From NCBI GenBank assembly GCA_951406725.2, contig OX597823.1:96968001-97032000 (forward strand): a stretch of DNA of 64,000 nt. The letters run 5' to 3'. The notes under the pieces are model-generated. The model ran no database searches. It worked only from the letters and a program-made list of their open reading frames with translations, and had not been told where the DNA came from. Below are positions 52,501-64,000 of the stretch, in pieces. This stretch comes from Octopus vulgaris (lineage: Eukaryota). The translations under genes were made by a program, and so were the position numbers. Every line of letters begins with the position of its first letter. Position 1 is the first letter of the stretch.

Positions 52501-52600
52501 TACTGCTCATGGGAAGCTGGATGCTCCTGAATCTGGAAAAGGTTTTGAAATGTGTTTCCAAGTTTCAGTCTCTCCTCTCTCAGAAGTATTACCATTTTAA
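27243..52600 (+). CDS. PHGDH: D-3-phosphoglycerate dehydrogenase, 11 coding exons, 538 aa (gene span)
   Basis: Exon lengths 135+152+66+154+133+149+153+151+125+220+179 = 1617 nt join in frame through GT-AG introns. NAD-binding GLGRIG and catalytic motifs NCARGG, DVFELEPP and TPHLGAST are present. Confidence 0.95.
29000..29423 (-). mobile_element. RTE LINE ORF end + 3' UTR
   Basis: [27 protein letters not shown] runs directly into the abundant 3' UTR repeat. Confidence 0.85.
29910..30135 (-). mobile_element. tRNA-derived SINE (fourth family)
   Basis: tggcttagtagttaggg / gtttcgattcct boxes and gtgttcttgagtaaaacacttcatttc body. Copies at about 24222-24470, 54175-54300, 60625-60780 (+). Confidence 0.75.
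34885..35200 (+). mobile_element. Short non-autonomous RTE-derived (bipartite) element
   Basis: 5' gtggtggtttgcatgtctcaatgac resembles RTE 5' UTR starts; 3' gttgtcaatgacctatgctc..ggcttaag resembles an RTE ORF end. Confidence 0.4.
35655..35806 (+). CDS. PHGDH: PHGDH exon 2 ([14 protein letters not shown]...[22 protein letters not shown])
   Basis: tttttcAG acceptor and GTAAGT donor; VRSAT and RAGTGVDNV motifs. Confidence 0.96.
36470..37332 (+). mobile_element. Non-autonomous mariner derivative with long terminal inverted repeats
   Basis: Inverted arms of about 250 bp. Internal [22 protein letters not shown] linker motif. A partial second copy lies at about 56450-56780. Confidence 0.82.
37930..37995 (+). 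CDS. PHGDH: PHGDH exon 3 ([21 protein letters not shown])
   Basis: ttttccAG acceptor and GTTAGT donor, phase 2-2; NTPxxNTLSAxE motif. Confidence 0.95.
38280..38931 (-). mobile_element. RTE LINE ORF end + full 3' UTR (longest copy)
   Basis: [37 protein letters not shown], then tandem units and a (GAT)n tail. Confidence 0.85.
40809..40962 (+). CDS. PHGDH: PHGDH exon 4 ([51 protein letters not shown])
   Basis: tttAG acceptor and GTAAGG donor; Rossmann GxGxxG motif. Confidence 0.97.
42332..42464 (+). CDS. PHGDH: PHGDH exon 5 (TVGFDPIV...[13 protein letters not shown])
   Basis: ctttcAG acceptor and GTAAGG donor; GFDP and TVHTPL motifs. Confidence 0.96.
42975..43123 (+). CDS. PHGDH: PHGDH exon 6 ([27 protein letters not shown]...[10 protein letters not shown])
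   Basis: tcccAG acceptor and GTAAGA donor; catalytic Arg in NCARGG. Confidence 0.97.
43139..43836. mobile_element. Two piggyBac-like MITEs (second family), one with a nested SINE
   Basis: TTAA-CCCT at 43139 and 43432; AAAAGG(A)-TTAA-like ends at 43324 and 43836. Relatives at about 41148-41360, 51000-51300, 55070-55245, 56040-56170. Confidence 0.6.
43957..44109 (+). CDS. PHGDH: PHGDH exon 7 ([33 protein letters not shown]...YTGA)
   Basis: ttatAG acceptor and GTAGGG donor; catalytic Glu (EPP) and His (TPHLGAST). Confidence 0.96.
44345..44565. repeat. Local ~119-bp tandem duplication in PHGDH intron 7
   Basis: atctaggac..cccacctgcctttttttttctaaatggcaagacagttagtttt occurs twice. Confidence 0.9.
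44621..44771 (+). CDS. PHGDH: PHGDH exon 8 ([25 protein letters not shown]...AVNLK)
   Basis: ttttcAG acceptor and GTAAAA donor; PWxxLA motif at the start of the ASB region; phase-compatible. Confidence 0.88.
45530..46110 (+). mobile_element. Gypsy LTR retrotransposon integrase remnant
   Basis: [15 protein letters not shown] (HHCC), [15 protein letters not shown] and [15 protein letters not shown] (DDE). Confidence 0.88.
46373..46497 (+). CDS. PHGDH: PHGDH exon 9 ([41 protein letters not shown])
   Basis: tttcAG acceptor and GTAAGT donor; conserved VNLVNA motif. Confidence 0.9.
46571..46720. repeat. Short inverted-repeat element next to (TA)n with a partial hammerhead core
   Basis: 35-bp arms (46571-46605 and 46686-46720); minus strand CTGATG...GAAACAATTGTA at 46611-46663. 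Confidence 0.6.
48455..48970. repeat. Diverged direct duplication (~165 bp) in intron 9
   Basis: gaaaaaatagaa(t/c)taatatttttgatttt...gaaattggaaaaatcctgaccaaaa at about 48470 and 48805. Confidence 0.8.
49713..49932 (+). CDS. PHGDH: PHGDH exon 10 ([13 protein letters not shown]...[15 protein letters not shown]...IIEQLI)
   Basis: ttcAG acceptor and GTAAGT donor; open frame, phase 0 to 1; GTxxGxxPxL pattern of the C-terminal region. Confidence 0.82.
52422..52600 (+). CDS. PHGDH: PHGDH exon 11, terminal ([26 protein letters not shown]...EVLPF*)
   Basis: cttcttcAG acceptor, phase 1 compatible, open to TAA at 52598-52600; gives the expected total protein length. Confidence 0.75.
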
Positions 52601-52643
52601 ACATTTGACATGGAATTATTTGAGAATTGTATAAACAAATGTC

Positions 52644-52698
52644 ATTAAAGTTATTTGCTATATTATAATTATTGTTGTGGGTCTTTTTGTTGTTGTTG
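52644..52698 (+). terminator. Probable PHGDH polyadenylation signal
   Basis: ATTAAA at 52644-52649, shortly after the stop, followed by a GT/T-rich downstream element at about 52671-52698. Confidence 0.5.
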
Positions 52699-53189
52699 AT
52701 ATTATTAGATAAGGTGGCAGCTGGGAGAAGCACCAATGCATTAGACAAAATCTTTAGTGGTATTTCTTCTGACCCATTATTCTCTGAGTTCAAATTCTGC
52801 TATGGTCAACTTTGCCTTTAATCCTTTCGGGGTTGATAAAATAAAGTAGCATTCAAGTAGTGGGGGTCAAAGTAGTGGTTGACATTAAGAAGGGCATCCA
52901 ACCATACAAGCCCTACCAAAACCGACAGTGAAGTCTGTTGCAACCCATGGAAAACAGATGTTAAATGCTGATAAAATGGCAACCTGGTATTGTTTGTTGG
53001 ACAAAATTCTTAGTGGTATCTCTTACAACTTTCCATTTTGAGTTCAAGCTCTGTTACAATTAACTTTGCTTTTCATTCTTCCAGGGTCAGTGAAATAAAG
53101 TGCCAGTTGAGCACTTTGTTGGTGTAATCACCTTATTGCTTCCTCTAAAATTGCTGGCCTTGTACCAAAACAATTATTTAAGACATTGC

Positions 53190-53780
53190 ACAGTATCAAA
53201 TATTATGATGATGTTGATTGGAGATATTGTGTCTACCGAGGGTTTGTACTCTGTCAAGTGACAACAAGGACCCCAGACAGACAGTACCTTACACAATATG
53301 TGTGCAGTTCCAGGATGTGCTGATTTTTGCAATACACCTAGATTGTAGGGTATTTCTAAAGTTTTCAGATGTTTCTTCAGGTTGGGTGGTATTGAACCCA
53401 ATGCTCTGATGACAACAGGGACAGCCTTTGTTTGACTCTTGTAGCTGTCACATCTTGGCGATCTCAGGTCTCTGTATTTATCAATCTTTTTTCTTTCTTT
53501 CTTTCATATGTTGATCTCCTAGCACTGCCATGTCAATTATTAGGCACACTTGTCTGTCCCTCCTAAAGGTTATTATATTCGACCATTGGTGCTCTAACAC
53601 CTTGTCTGTCTGGAAGTCAATACCAAAGAATTTTTGCCTTCCCCTTTTCTGCTGTATGTTGGTAGCAGGCACCTGTTACCTTGTATCCATACTCCTGGCA
53701 TAGTACCAATGAAAGTTTTGGGTTACCTTGCTGTGTCTGCACTTGTACTCTTTTCCTGTGCAAAACTTTCACAAGCACTA
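53190..53780 (-). mobile_element. R4/Dong-like LINE 3' end (RLE domain)
   Basis: EYKCRHSKV..FQTDKVLEH..CLIIDMAV..KYRDL..VPVVIRALGSIP..LQKSAHPGTAHILCKVL. Confidence 0.8.
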
Positions 53781-56700
53781 ACCACACAGCCACATTAGTT
53801 TTTATGTTCTGAGTTCAAATTTTGCTGAGAAAGTCTTTATCTTACAAAGGTGGAAAGATAGAATCCATAAATTATCAGACACAATGCTTTGAAACACTTA
53901 GTGTTGGGGTCAATTTACTTATTTTCTTTTCTAAGAGATTTGAGGAAATTATTGTTGAAAATTTGCAAGAGCTAAATACCAGCAGGTACTTGATTTATGT
54001 TCATTTAAACCGGCCACATCTGGCCCACATGTTCTGTTTTATGTTCAAACCAGCCAAGTCCAGAATGTCACACCTCTCTAACAATGTCATTCTAAAAATA
54101 TACAATCCTTTTATCAACATCTGAAAGCTATGAGATATTGCACAATTATTTTAAACCAATGGGGAATAAGCATGATATTGGTCAGTGGTTAGGGTGTTGC
54201 ACTTGTGATCATGATTTCAGTTTCTGAACCAGATGATGCATTGTGTTCTTGTGCAGAAACACTTCATCTGGTGGTGTTCTACAATCATGTCAACACTTGA
54301 CGTTTGGTACACCATACATCTGTTCAGGAAGGCAACAACAATTTCATGGAAGGAGTCACCTTACTGGCACCTGTGCCAGTGGCATGTGTAAAAAGATTTG
54401 AGCAAGGTCATTGCCAGTACCGCCTGACTGGCCCCTGTGCTGTGGCACGTAAAAGTGCACCATTCGAGCATGATTGTTACCAACGTCACCTTACTGGCAC
54501 CTGTGCCGGTGGCATGTGTAAAAAGATTTGAGCGAGGTCATTGCCAGAACCGCCTGACTGGCCCCCATGCCGGTGGTACGTAAAAAGCACCCACTACACT
54601 CTCAGAGTGGTTGGCATTAGGAAGGGCATCCAGCTGTAGAAACTCTGCCAGATCAAGATTGAAGCCTGGTGCAGCCATCTGGTTCGCCAGCCCTCGGTCA
54701 AAATCGTCCAACCCATGCTAGCATGGAAAGCGGATGTTAAACGATGATGATGATGAGTGAGTGAGCTTACATATGGCACACACATTTGATCACTATACAC
54801 AAATCATTTGTGAAGGTTGTTCAGCTTTTGCTGAACATTCTTACATTGTCTTCAATGGAAGATTCCCCTGTATTTGACTGAGTAATTTGAACACTAAAGG
54901 ATTAATGTGAGTCTGAATCTCTCTGAGGTTGACTTTACTTTTGATTCTTAAGTTAAACACTAGTCAATCCAGACGACCACACCACACCTCTATCAAAATC
55001 TGTATTCTCTCTTTTTCATTGCACCATGCTGTCTGAAAGGAAGAATGGCACTGCACTCCCTATATATTTTATCATTTTGTTTCAGTTAATTTTGACAATT
55101 ACAAAGAATTTAGTACATACTTTTGCATTATTAAGCTGGTGTTAAAAATAAAAATTGACACAAAATTTTGATGGAAGGTTTGAATTTAGATCACTTTAAA
55201 ATGGGATTTTTGTACCATAAAACCAGGGTGGTATCAAAAGGATTAACTGTTTTGTTATCACATTCCTGCTGAAAGACACTGCTTTTCATCATCATCATCA
55301 TCCTCATTTAATTTCCATGTCCCATAATAGTATGGGTTAGAGGATTTGACAGGATCTGATGGGTCCTAGGACTGCATCGTGCTCTGTGTATTTTGAAATG
55401 ATTTCTACAGCTGAATGCCCTTCCTGATCCCAATCACTTTACGGCATATACTGGGTGCTTTCATTCATGGCACCAATACTAGTGAAGTTACCATGCAGCT
55501 TGCAAGAGTACACATCCCAAAACAACTTTATAGCAGATGTGAAGGGGCCAGAGCAGGTTTCTTGCTGTTCAGTAGCTACATGGTTACTCAACTTTTAGAA
55601 GGGAGGGTGGAGCTACAAAGAGATAAAAAGTGATGAGGTACCTGGGTGGGGTAAGAAGAAACCCTCAAGAAATGAGGTGAGTCATGAGAGAAGAGGGAGT
55701 GTGGGTGGGTAGAGACTGCAAGAGTGCACAGGAGTGTCAGGGGTGAACATAATGAATGAAGAATTAGTGTTGAAGGACAACCAATGATATAGAAGGGTAG
55801 TAAGGATTATTCAGGAGAAGGATTAGAGAGAGAGATATGTGGTTGGGTTGGTTGCAAGAATATAGTGAGGAGAGCTGCAGGTGTAGTGTATGGAGAGAAT
55901 GACAGAGGTGGAGAAGAAAAGGGAATTAGGCTGAGGGTGATCAATATAAAATGTAGGTGAAAAGGACTATTAAGAATAAAAGATGAATATCAAGTGAAAT
56001 GATTCCAGGTAGTAAGAAAGATGGTGGGTGGTGGTGGCAGGGTTCCTTGTTTCAATTTTCAAATTATTGAAGAATTTAGTAAAATAATTTTGTCCTTAAG
56101 CTGGTGTTAGGAATATAAATTAACATGGTTTTAATTTAGATCCCTTTAAATAAGAAAATTTGTATCATGCTGGCAGACTGGTTAAATGAATAGAAATAAC
56201 ATAGGGGACTTTTTCTGTCTAGCGAAGGACATAAGAATCTCTCTGGTCTATCATGATAAAATGCACCCAGTATGCTCATTGCATTGGTTGGTGCTAGGAA
56301 AGGCATTCAGCTGTACTTAGAATGAAACATACAAGTGAGTTGTGGTACCCTGACTCATCTAGAAGGCTGGTGAGAAGAACAGATGTGAAGTGATGAGGAT
56401 TATGATCTGTCACTGTTAGAAATCATTTACTTGTTAAAATGTATTGCAGTTTCTGTGTTGGTTTCAGTTGCACAAGATCTTAATTATGTCCAGAACAATG
56501 AAAAATTTTTGAAAACTTTGCTTAGGCCTTTGAGCAGGTATCGCCAAGTTTTAGCAAAATTTGATGCCAGTTCTCTGCTCAACCTTCTCCTTCATGGTCA
56601 ATGCAAAAATCACACGCTACACACTTTCCCTCCAAGCATTGTTGTAAACAGAAGTGAGTTAGAACGTTAAAACTTAGTGCACATGCACAGCAGAGTTCAA

Positions 56701-57559
56701 GGTCAATCTGTGCCAAGTGGCTTCACACTCATTTTTTTGCTTCGTTACCATAGTAACAATCTGGATACTTATGAAACCACATACAGCAATCAGATATTTT
56801 AAAACATAAGCTTTTGTATATTTACCTCTAGATTGACAGTGGCTGTCAACTTGTGCTTCGTCAAAGATCACATCAGCAGGAAGAGAGTCTCCGGCTTCCA
56901 AATTTGTTTTCGTATTGGCAACCAAAACACTTATATTCTTATACTTTTGTACACATGTTCTGCCATTTCTGCAAAGACATCAAGAGACATTAAAAGAACA
57001 ATTGTCAGCATAACCATTCTGTCATTGCATGTCTTAAGCTTTTCTTTTACTATAAATGTGTGTGTGTATGTGTATATATGTGTGTGTATGTATGTGTGTA
57101 CATGTGTATGTGTATATAGATGTATATGTGTGTGTGTATGTATATATATATATATATATATAGTTCATAGATGAGATCCAGATATTCTCCACATAGAATA
57201 CACTTAATAGTGCTCAAGAGATTTGAATTTGGGTATGGAAGTAGATATAGGGATAACCAAATTAAACAAATCAGTATATAAAGTATATTAAATACAAAAT
57301 ATGTATACATATAAAAAGAGTACAAATGATATAGAAAATTAATGGTGTGGAGGAAAAGTATTACAAATCCTACAGCTGTTTCTTGGGTGGCCGGGCTCAT
57401 CAATCCATAATAACATTTGTAGATTAATTGCATCTCCTTTAACATCTCAAATGTAAGATCTCTTACCTGAAGACAGAGGCTCATCTCATCCTATGTGTAT
57501 GTTGGACATTTATATGTATATATATATATATATACATATTTTGTATTTCTTGCATGTCC

Positions 57560-58175
57560 CAAACATTGAAGAGTACCCCTGCTGCGTTGGGCAATATGAT
57601 ATGCTTGAGAAGACCTGTTGAGTCAAGTAAAACCAAAATCGTAGCTGTGGCCAGTGCCCCTGACTGGTACCCACTCTGGTTGCACATAAAATGCATCATC
57701 TGAACATGGTCAATGATAATGTTTCCTGACTGGCTCCCATGCCGGTGGCACATAAAAAGCACCATCCAAACAGGGTCAATGCCAAGTCCGCCTGACTGGC
57801 TCCTGTGCCAGTGGCAAGTAAAAAGCACCATGCGAATATGTCCAACGCCAGTACCCCTTGACTGGCTCCCGTGCTGCTGACACGTAAAAAGCACTATCCA
57901 AACATGATCAATGCCAGGAACACCTGAATGGCCCCATGCTGGTGGAATGTAAAAAGCATTATCTGAACATGATTGATGCCAGGCCCGCATGACTGGCTCT
58001 CATGCTAGTGGTACATAAAAAGCACCCACTACACTCTTGGAGTGTCTGGCATTAGGAAGGGCATCCAGCTGTAGAAACATTGCCAGATCAGATTAGAGCC
58101 TGGTGAAGCTACTGGCTCTCCAGACCTCATCCAACCCATGCAAGCATGGAAAATGGACGAGGATGATGATGATGA
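57560..58175 (+). mobile_element. RTE 3' UTR copy with six tandem ~65-nt units
   Basis: TAAAA(A)GCAY anchors at about 57687, 57750, 57817, 57882, 57948 and 58013. Confidence 0.85.
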
Positions 58176-58299
58176 TATATATATATACATGTACATATGT
58201 ATGCATACATTCTTTTATTTTATATTTTTCAGCCTTCAGGCTGCAGCCATACTGGGGCACCACCATTGAAATCATCTTTTAATTGGCCAATTTTATGGG

Positions 58300-59900
58300 T
58301 TTGGTTTCTAGTGAAGGAGGAAGTTCGATATTGCTTCCCTCTTTTTAGTTTCCTGCCTTGATATCAGTTCATCTGGGATCTTGGAAAGAAAGAGGTCAAA
58401 TTGTTTCTTGAAAGCATCTACTCTCACTCCATGGAGGTACCTCAGAGGATTTGGCAAGGAGTTGAATCCCAAGCTATTGCAGTACATAGCCCTTGCCCTA
58501 GATGAGACAACTGGGACTTTTGGAACAGTGCAGTGATGTCCATTTCAAGGTCTGGTATAACTCTCAATTCTAAAGTTTGGTGCCAGCTCCTCCAGTATCT
58601 TCCATACATGTATCACTGAGTATCTCTCCCGTCTTCGCTCTATAGAGCTCTTTTAGTCACTACCAGTAGCTCAGCTGTTCCATTGGTGCAATCTTCCTTG
58701 TGTAGTATCTCTGAACCACCTCAAGTTCTGCTATTAATCCCATAGCATAGGGTGACCATAGTTGAGAGCAGTAGTTCAGATGGATGAGGACAAATGCCCT
58801 CCATAGGACCAGCATAGTTTCCTGGTCCCTTGTTCAGAAGGTTCTCTGAATCCAGCCAGCCATTTGCCTGCTCGCTGCTACCATCTTGGTGACATGCATG
58901 TGAAATGAGGCATTGCTGCTCATATCAATCCCAAGATTATAGACCAGATGTGATTCTAGGATTTCCACTCCTTTTGGTCCAAAGTATCATTGTTGTGACT
59001 TCTGAGCACCAATTAGCTGGTAGTGGAGGGCTTGGAATTTGCCTGCATTAAATTGCATGCCCTCAGCCCATTTATATATTGTATCTAGGTCTTTCTGTAG
59101 AAGATTAGCATCAGAAGGTTCCTTGACTGCTTGTACTACTTTTGTATCATCGGCATAACTAGTAAGTGTGGCTATCTGTGTAACTGATGGCATGTCTGAA
59201 AGAGCCACCATGAACAGCAGTGGCTCCAATACAGTTCCTTGAGGCACTCCACTTTCTATTAATGTTTCCATGGTGAGGGCTCCATTGGTTGCTACAGCTT
59301 GGCTTCTATCTTTTAAGAAGTCATGCAACCACTCTGCAATTTTCCCAGTTATGCCGAGTCTCCGTAGTTTGTGACATTCCATCCCATGATCGAACTTATC
59401 AAAGGCCTTTGGAAAGTCAAAATATATCACATCTACATTTGAGCAATTCATTAATTGTTTCAACATCCAGTCATAGTGTTGTAAAAGCTGTGTAAGGCAG
59501 CTTCTTCCTGAGTGAAAGCCATGTTGGGTGTCAGGAAACAAGTCATTATCTCCGAGGAACACATGGGAAGTTAGGGAGGCAGGTCTATAATTCTGAGTGT
59601 CTGCTCTGCTACTTCCCTTATGGATAGGGCATATAATGCTTTCTTTTAACTTTTTGGGAAGTCTCCCTGTTGTGAAACTCTGAAAGAGAACCCCAAGTGG
59701 TCTAGTTAGAGCCCCTTTGCATTTCTTTAGGAGTATTTCTGGGAATCTGCCAGGGCCTATGGCTGATATCACATCAGTTTCATCTATGCTGATGCTATCA
59801 ATAATTGCCATTTTGTTGTGTAGATCTGAGGAGCCAAAGAACTCGTCAGGCATAGCTACTGGAGTTGTGAAAGCACTCTTGTATTGCACATTCAGTATTT
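58300..59900 (-). mobile_element. CR1-group LINE reverse transcriptase, decayed
   Basis: PIHKG..NYRPASLTS, QHGF..GRSCLTQLL, DFPKAFD, SGVPQGTVL and YADDTK, then YCSQLWSP, LEVVQR and FNSLP. Confidence 0.93.
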
Positions 59901-62900
59901 CACTGATATATGTCTGTATATATACACTGACACGCACAAATGCACATACATACACACGTGTGTGTGTGTGTGTGTGTTAAGTGCAATATGTTTTGTAAAC
60001 ACATATTGCTTGAGAAGAAGACCCATCAAGCCGAGCAGAATTGCAGTCATGGCAGATACCAGTGTTATACAAATTGGCACCACCATGCTGGTGGCACGTA
60101 AGCACACCCTGGTGTCACGCAAATGACACCCATGCCTGTGGCATGTAAAAGCACCCATTACACTTTCAGAGTGGTTTATGTTAGGAAAGGCGTCCAGCCG
60201 TAGAAAACCATGCCAAATCAGACTGGAGTCTGGTGCAGCCTGGTCAAACTGTCCAACTCATGGACAATGGACGTTAAATGGACGCAAAAACAACAACAAA
60301 AAAATGTTTTCTTAGACATCATTAATATAAAATTGAATATTTCATATGAAACATGTATTGTTCCTTACCCTTTTTTACACTTTCCTACATTAATTTCTTG
60401 GAATGTTTTATTAATTTCTGCAAGATATTTAATCTTGCTGTCTGTGTTGTTTATCGTTTCTTTGGTGTAGACAAAGTACCTCCTAGAAAGAAAGAAAAAA
60501 TTTAAACTGGATTTATTTTCATCAATGTTGGTCATGGATGAATGTATAAGTTCCATTTGAAATAAGTTCACATTAAAATAATGATGTGAATAACATTTAT
60601 GGTGTATATACAAATGGGGAAGGTGTGTGACTTAGAAGTTAGGGTGCTGCACTTATGATTACAAAATTGTGGTTTCAATTCCCAGACTGGCGGTGATTTA
60701 TGTTCTTGGGCAAAACACTTCATTTCACAATTCTCCTGTCCACTCAGATGTAAATAGGTAACACTGCCCTACATTCGTGGGGGGGGGGGGTGAGTGTTGG
60801 CCTGCCAGCCTACCCATTAGTAGGATGGTACTGTTTGAAAGAGCTGGCAGAAACGTTATCATGCTGGGCGAAATGCTTAGCGGTATTTTGCCTGCCGTTA
60901 CGTTCTGAGTTCAAATTCCACTGAGGTCAACTTTGCCTTTCATCCTTTCGGGGTCGATTAAATAAGTACCAGTTACACACTGGGGTCAATATAATCGACT
61001 TAATCCGTTTGTCTGTCCTTGTTTGTCCTCTCTGTGTTTAGCCCCTTGTGGGTAGTAAAGAAATAGGTATTTCGTCTGCTGTTACGTTCTGAGTTCAAAT
61101 TCCGCCGAGGTCAACTTTGCCTTTCATCCTTTCGGGGTCGATTAAATAAGTACCAGTTACACACTGGGGTCGATATAATCGACTTAATCCGTTTGTCTGT
61201 TCTTGTTTGTCCCCTCTGTGTGTAGCCCCTTGTGGGCAGTAAAGGAATAGGTACTGTTTGAAAGATACAACAATGCAAAAAAATGCAATGCAACCAGTCG
61301 TGTGTAATGACATCTGATTGTCTGATCAATGCAGTGACTTACCTGACATACATCATCATCATCATCATCATTTAATGTCCGCTTTCCATACTAGCATAAG
61401 TTGGACGATTTGACTGAGGGCTGGCAAACCAGATAGCTGCACCAGGCTCCAATCTTGATCTGGCAGAGTTTCTACAGTTGGACACCCTTCCTAACGCCAA
61501 CCACTCCAAGAGTGTAGTGGGTGCTTTTTACGTGCCACCGGCATGGGGGCCACTCAGGTGGTACTAGCACACATTGACATACAAATGTAAAAGAACACTG
61601 ACTGTAAAGTTTTAAGTCAGAGAAACTTCTCATACAAATATTTATTCCGATACAGGAATCAATGAATGTTTTGTTTACCGATTTCTGTGCTGGACAAATA
61701 TATCAAACTAATATTTTCTGGTTTAGCTGTGGAAGTCCAAGAAATGAAACTAAATCAAAACACCATTTTCTGACCATGCACCATCAACATTCTGAAGAGA
61801 GGTCTATGTTTTTTAACAAATGTCTGTTTGAGAAGTTTATATTCTTCTTATATATTTCCTTGTAACATATCTTGCATGCTAGCATGAATGGAATGCTTTG
61901 ACAGGATCTGTGTTGGATCTTGTCAAGCTAAGTAAAATCACTGTGTTCCACAAATACAAGTTTGTCCTTCAAGTGCTGGTCCCACATAAAAGGCACCTGC
62001 ATAGGTGCTGCATCAATGCACCCATGCCAGTGGCATGTAAAAAGCACCCATCACACTCTGTTAAGTGGTTGGCATAAGGAAGGGCATCCTGCCATAAAAA
62101 CCATGCCACAACAGACAGTTGGATCTGAACAGCTCCCTGCTGGTCAGTTCCATGCCAAACTGTCCAACCCATGGAGAGCAGACATTAAACGATAAGTCGT
62201 AAATTTCAAAGCAGTGCCCCATCATGGTCACAGTCTAATGAATGAAACAAGTAAAAGATAAAAGAATATAAAAATTGAAAGTGTTGAACAATAAATGAAA
62301 TGAATTTTCTACTTACGTTTCACAAGGAAGATGTTCATTTCCTTCTAAATGATTAAACGCGCCAAGATATTTATTGTAGGAACTTGATGACAAACAGGAT
62401 GTTGTGTCATTCCAGACATTCAAGCCAGAAATAGCTACTATCAGAATACAGATTATTTGAACCTGAAATTCAAATAAAAATGTTTGACTATTATTATTAT
62501 TATTATTATTCCCTCTCTCTCTTTCGGAGAGGCACAAGCACCTACACGCACATATACACACACGGCAGTAACTTCCGCCTACCGAATTCAATCACAAAGC
62601 TTCGGTCGGCTTGGGGCTATAGCAGAAGACACCTGCCCAAAGTGTCACGCAGTGGGACTGAACCTGAAACCATGTAGCTAGGAAGCTCCCTAACCACACA
62701 GCCATGTCCACCAGCAACTCCCTTAGGCCCTTTCTTAACAGACAATGCTCTTTGGTCTTAGATTTTGATACTGTGCCGGTGGCATGTGTAAAAGATTTGA
62801 GCGAGGTCATTGCCAGTACCACCTGACTGGCACGTAAAAAGCACCCACTACACTCTCGGAGTGGTTGGCGTTAGGAAGGGCATCCAGCTGTAGAAACTCT

Positions 62901-63129
62901 GCCAGGTCAAGATTGAAGCCTGGTGCTGCCATCTGGTTCACCAGCCCTCAGTCATTCGTCCAACCCATGCTAGCATGGAAAACGGACGTTAAACGACGAC
63001 GATGATGATGATGATCAAAAATCTCAATTTTTGAGGATAAAAAGGATTTGTACTGATATAGGAGATTACTGGAAACATGCAAATGCTTTTGTACACCATT
63101 GTGTCAAATGCGGTTAGAGTGAATCATGA

Positions 63130-63950
63130 TTAAAGGAAATTGCAAATGAATTGCTAAGATTAGCAAGGAAAGTCAAACAAAGTAAAATATTTGAAAAAAC
63201 TCCTATAGTGGTTAACTGGCTCCAGAATTTCACTGGCATTTCAAAAGTGTTGCATGAAAGTTACCAGCATGTTGCAGAAAAATATCCTTGTTTCAAACAA
63301 ATATTCCCTCAGCTGCCTATTGTAGCCTTTAATTAGTATAAAAATATAAGGGAACTATTAACCACTACTTCTGACATCAAGAAAAGTAACATTGGAATTT
63401 CTGAACACCGTATCTTGAAAAAATGGCTGCAACAGAGGTAATGAGTCAAGTCAATTCCGTTAAGAATCATAGCAGAAATGTTATAGTTTATACAGAAGGT
63501 AGGGTGTGTGGAGATCCCCATTTGCTGTGCTCAGCCGAATGCACCCAACACAACTTGATTTACATTGGTTATACAGCAGAACAATTGAACAAAAAAGATT
63601 CAGTGGGCACAAGTATGATGTCAAGCACAATATTAGTTGTTTGACAGAACTTGCTGAACATTTTACATCAATGGCTGCAGTTTTGAAAAAGACCTGGAAG
63701 TGCATATTCCCAGAAAATATTCTGAATTTACTTTCAGTCCTCAAAATGCACGAGGAGTATTATGTGAGTTATTAACATTACTCCCTGAAGGAATGAACAA
63801 AATGAAAAGGGAATTTCATTGTATTTACTCCAAACTGTTTGATTAAATGTTCTTTTTCTTTTTTTCTTTTTGTTTTTGTCAGTTGTAAAATTGAAATTTG
63901 AAGACTGATGATGTCATTCCTTCAAAGTGGGAATGCAGGATCTCCTCATT
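63130..63950 (+). mobile_element. PLE 3' fragment (GIY-YIG) followed by a decayed hammerhead-like motif
   Basis: IFPQLPIVAF, CTQHNLIYIGYT..LNKRFSGHKYD..ELAEHF, EEYYV and PEGMN; GAAGA CTGATGA plus a hairpin at 63900-63940. Confidence 0.78.
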
Positions 63951-64000
63951 CAAACTTTTGAATTTGAATTTCTATGTATCACTTTTCATTTTGAACTCGA

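Noticed and set aside
57650-58030. CRISPR-like look of the regularly spaced ~65-nt repeats
   Set aside because: The intervening segments are homologous to each other rather than unique spacers. The context is eukaryotic, there are no cas genes, and the arrays belong to a LINE 3' UTR.

Overview
AT-rich, repeat-dense eukaryotic DNA; the repeat repertoire looks like an octopus/cephalopod genome (inference). The one well-supported host gene is D-3-phosphoglycerate dehydrogenase (PHGDH, + strand). I reconstructed 11 GT-AG coding exons from 27243 to 52600 by hand (1617 nt, 538 aa) with intact GLGRIG, NCARGG, DVFELEPP and TPHLGAST motifs. A possible head-to-head gene starts on the - strand at 26496 (MARKRV|GTAAGG). 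Nearly everything else is decayed mobile DNA: a Naiad-type and three other Penelope-like element (PLE) pieces, Tx1/L1, CR1, RTE and R4/Dong LINE remnants, a Gypsy integrase, mariner, maT and pogo remnants, piggyBac-like MITEs, four tRNA-derived SINE families and microsatellites. The most interesting signals are RNA-structural. (1) At least seven minimal hammerhead-ribozyme-like motifs of the PLE type occur, six of them as outward-pointing inverted pairs, including a G3-C8 core variant. (2) About 20 copies of an RTE LINE 3' UTR carry 1-6 tandem ~60-65 nt units, each with a compact H-type pseudoknot. There is also an unexplained antisense exon-like ORF in PHGDH intron 1. All structures and repeat boundaries were read by eye, and repeat boundaries are approximate.
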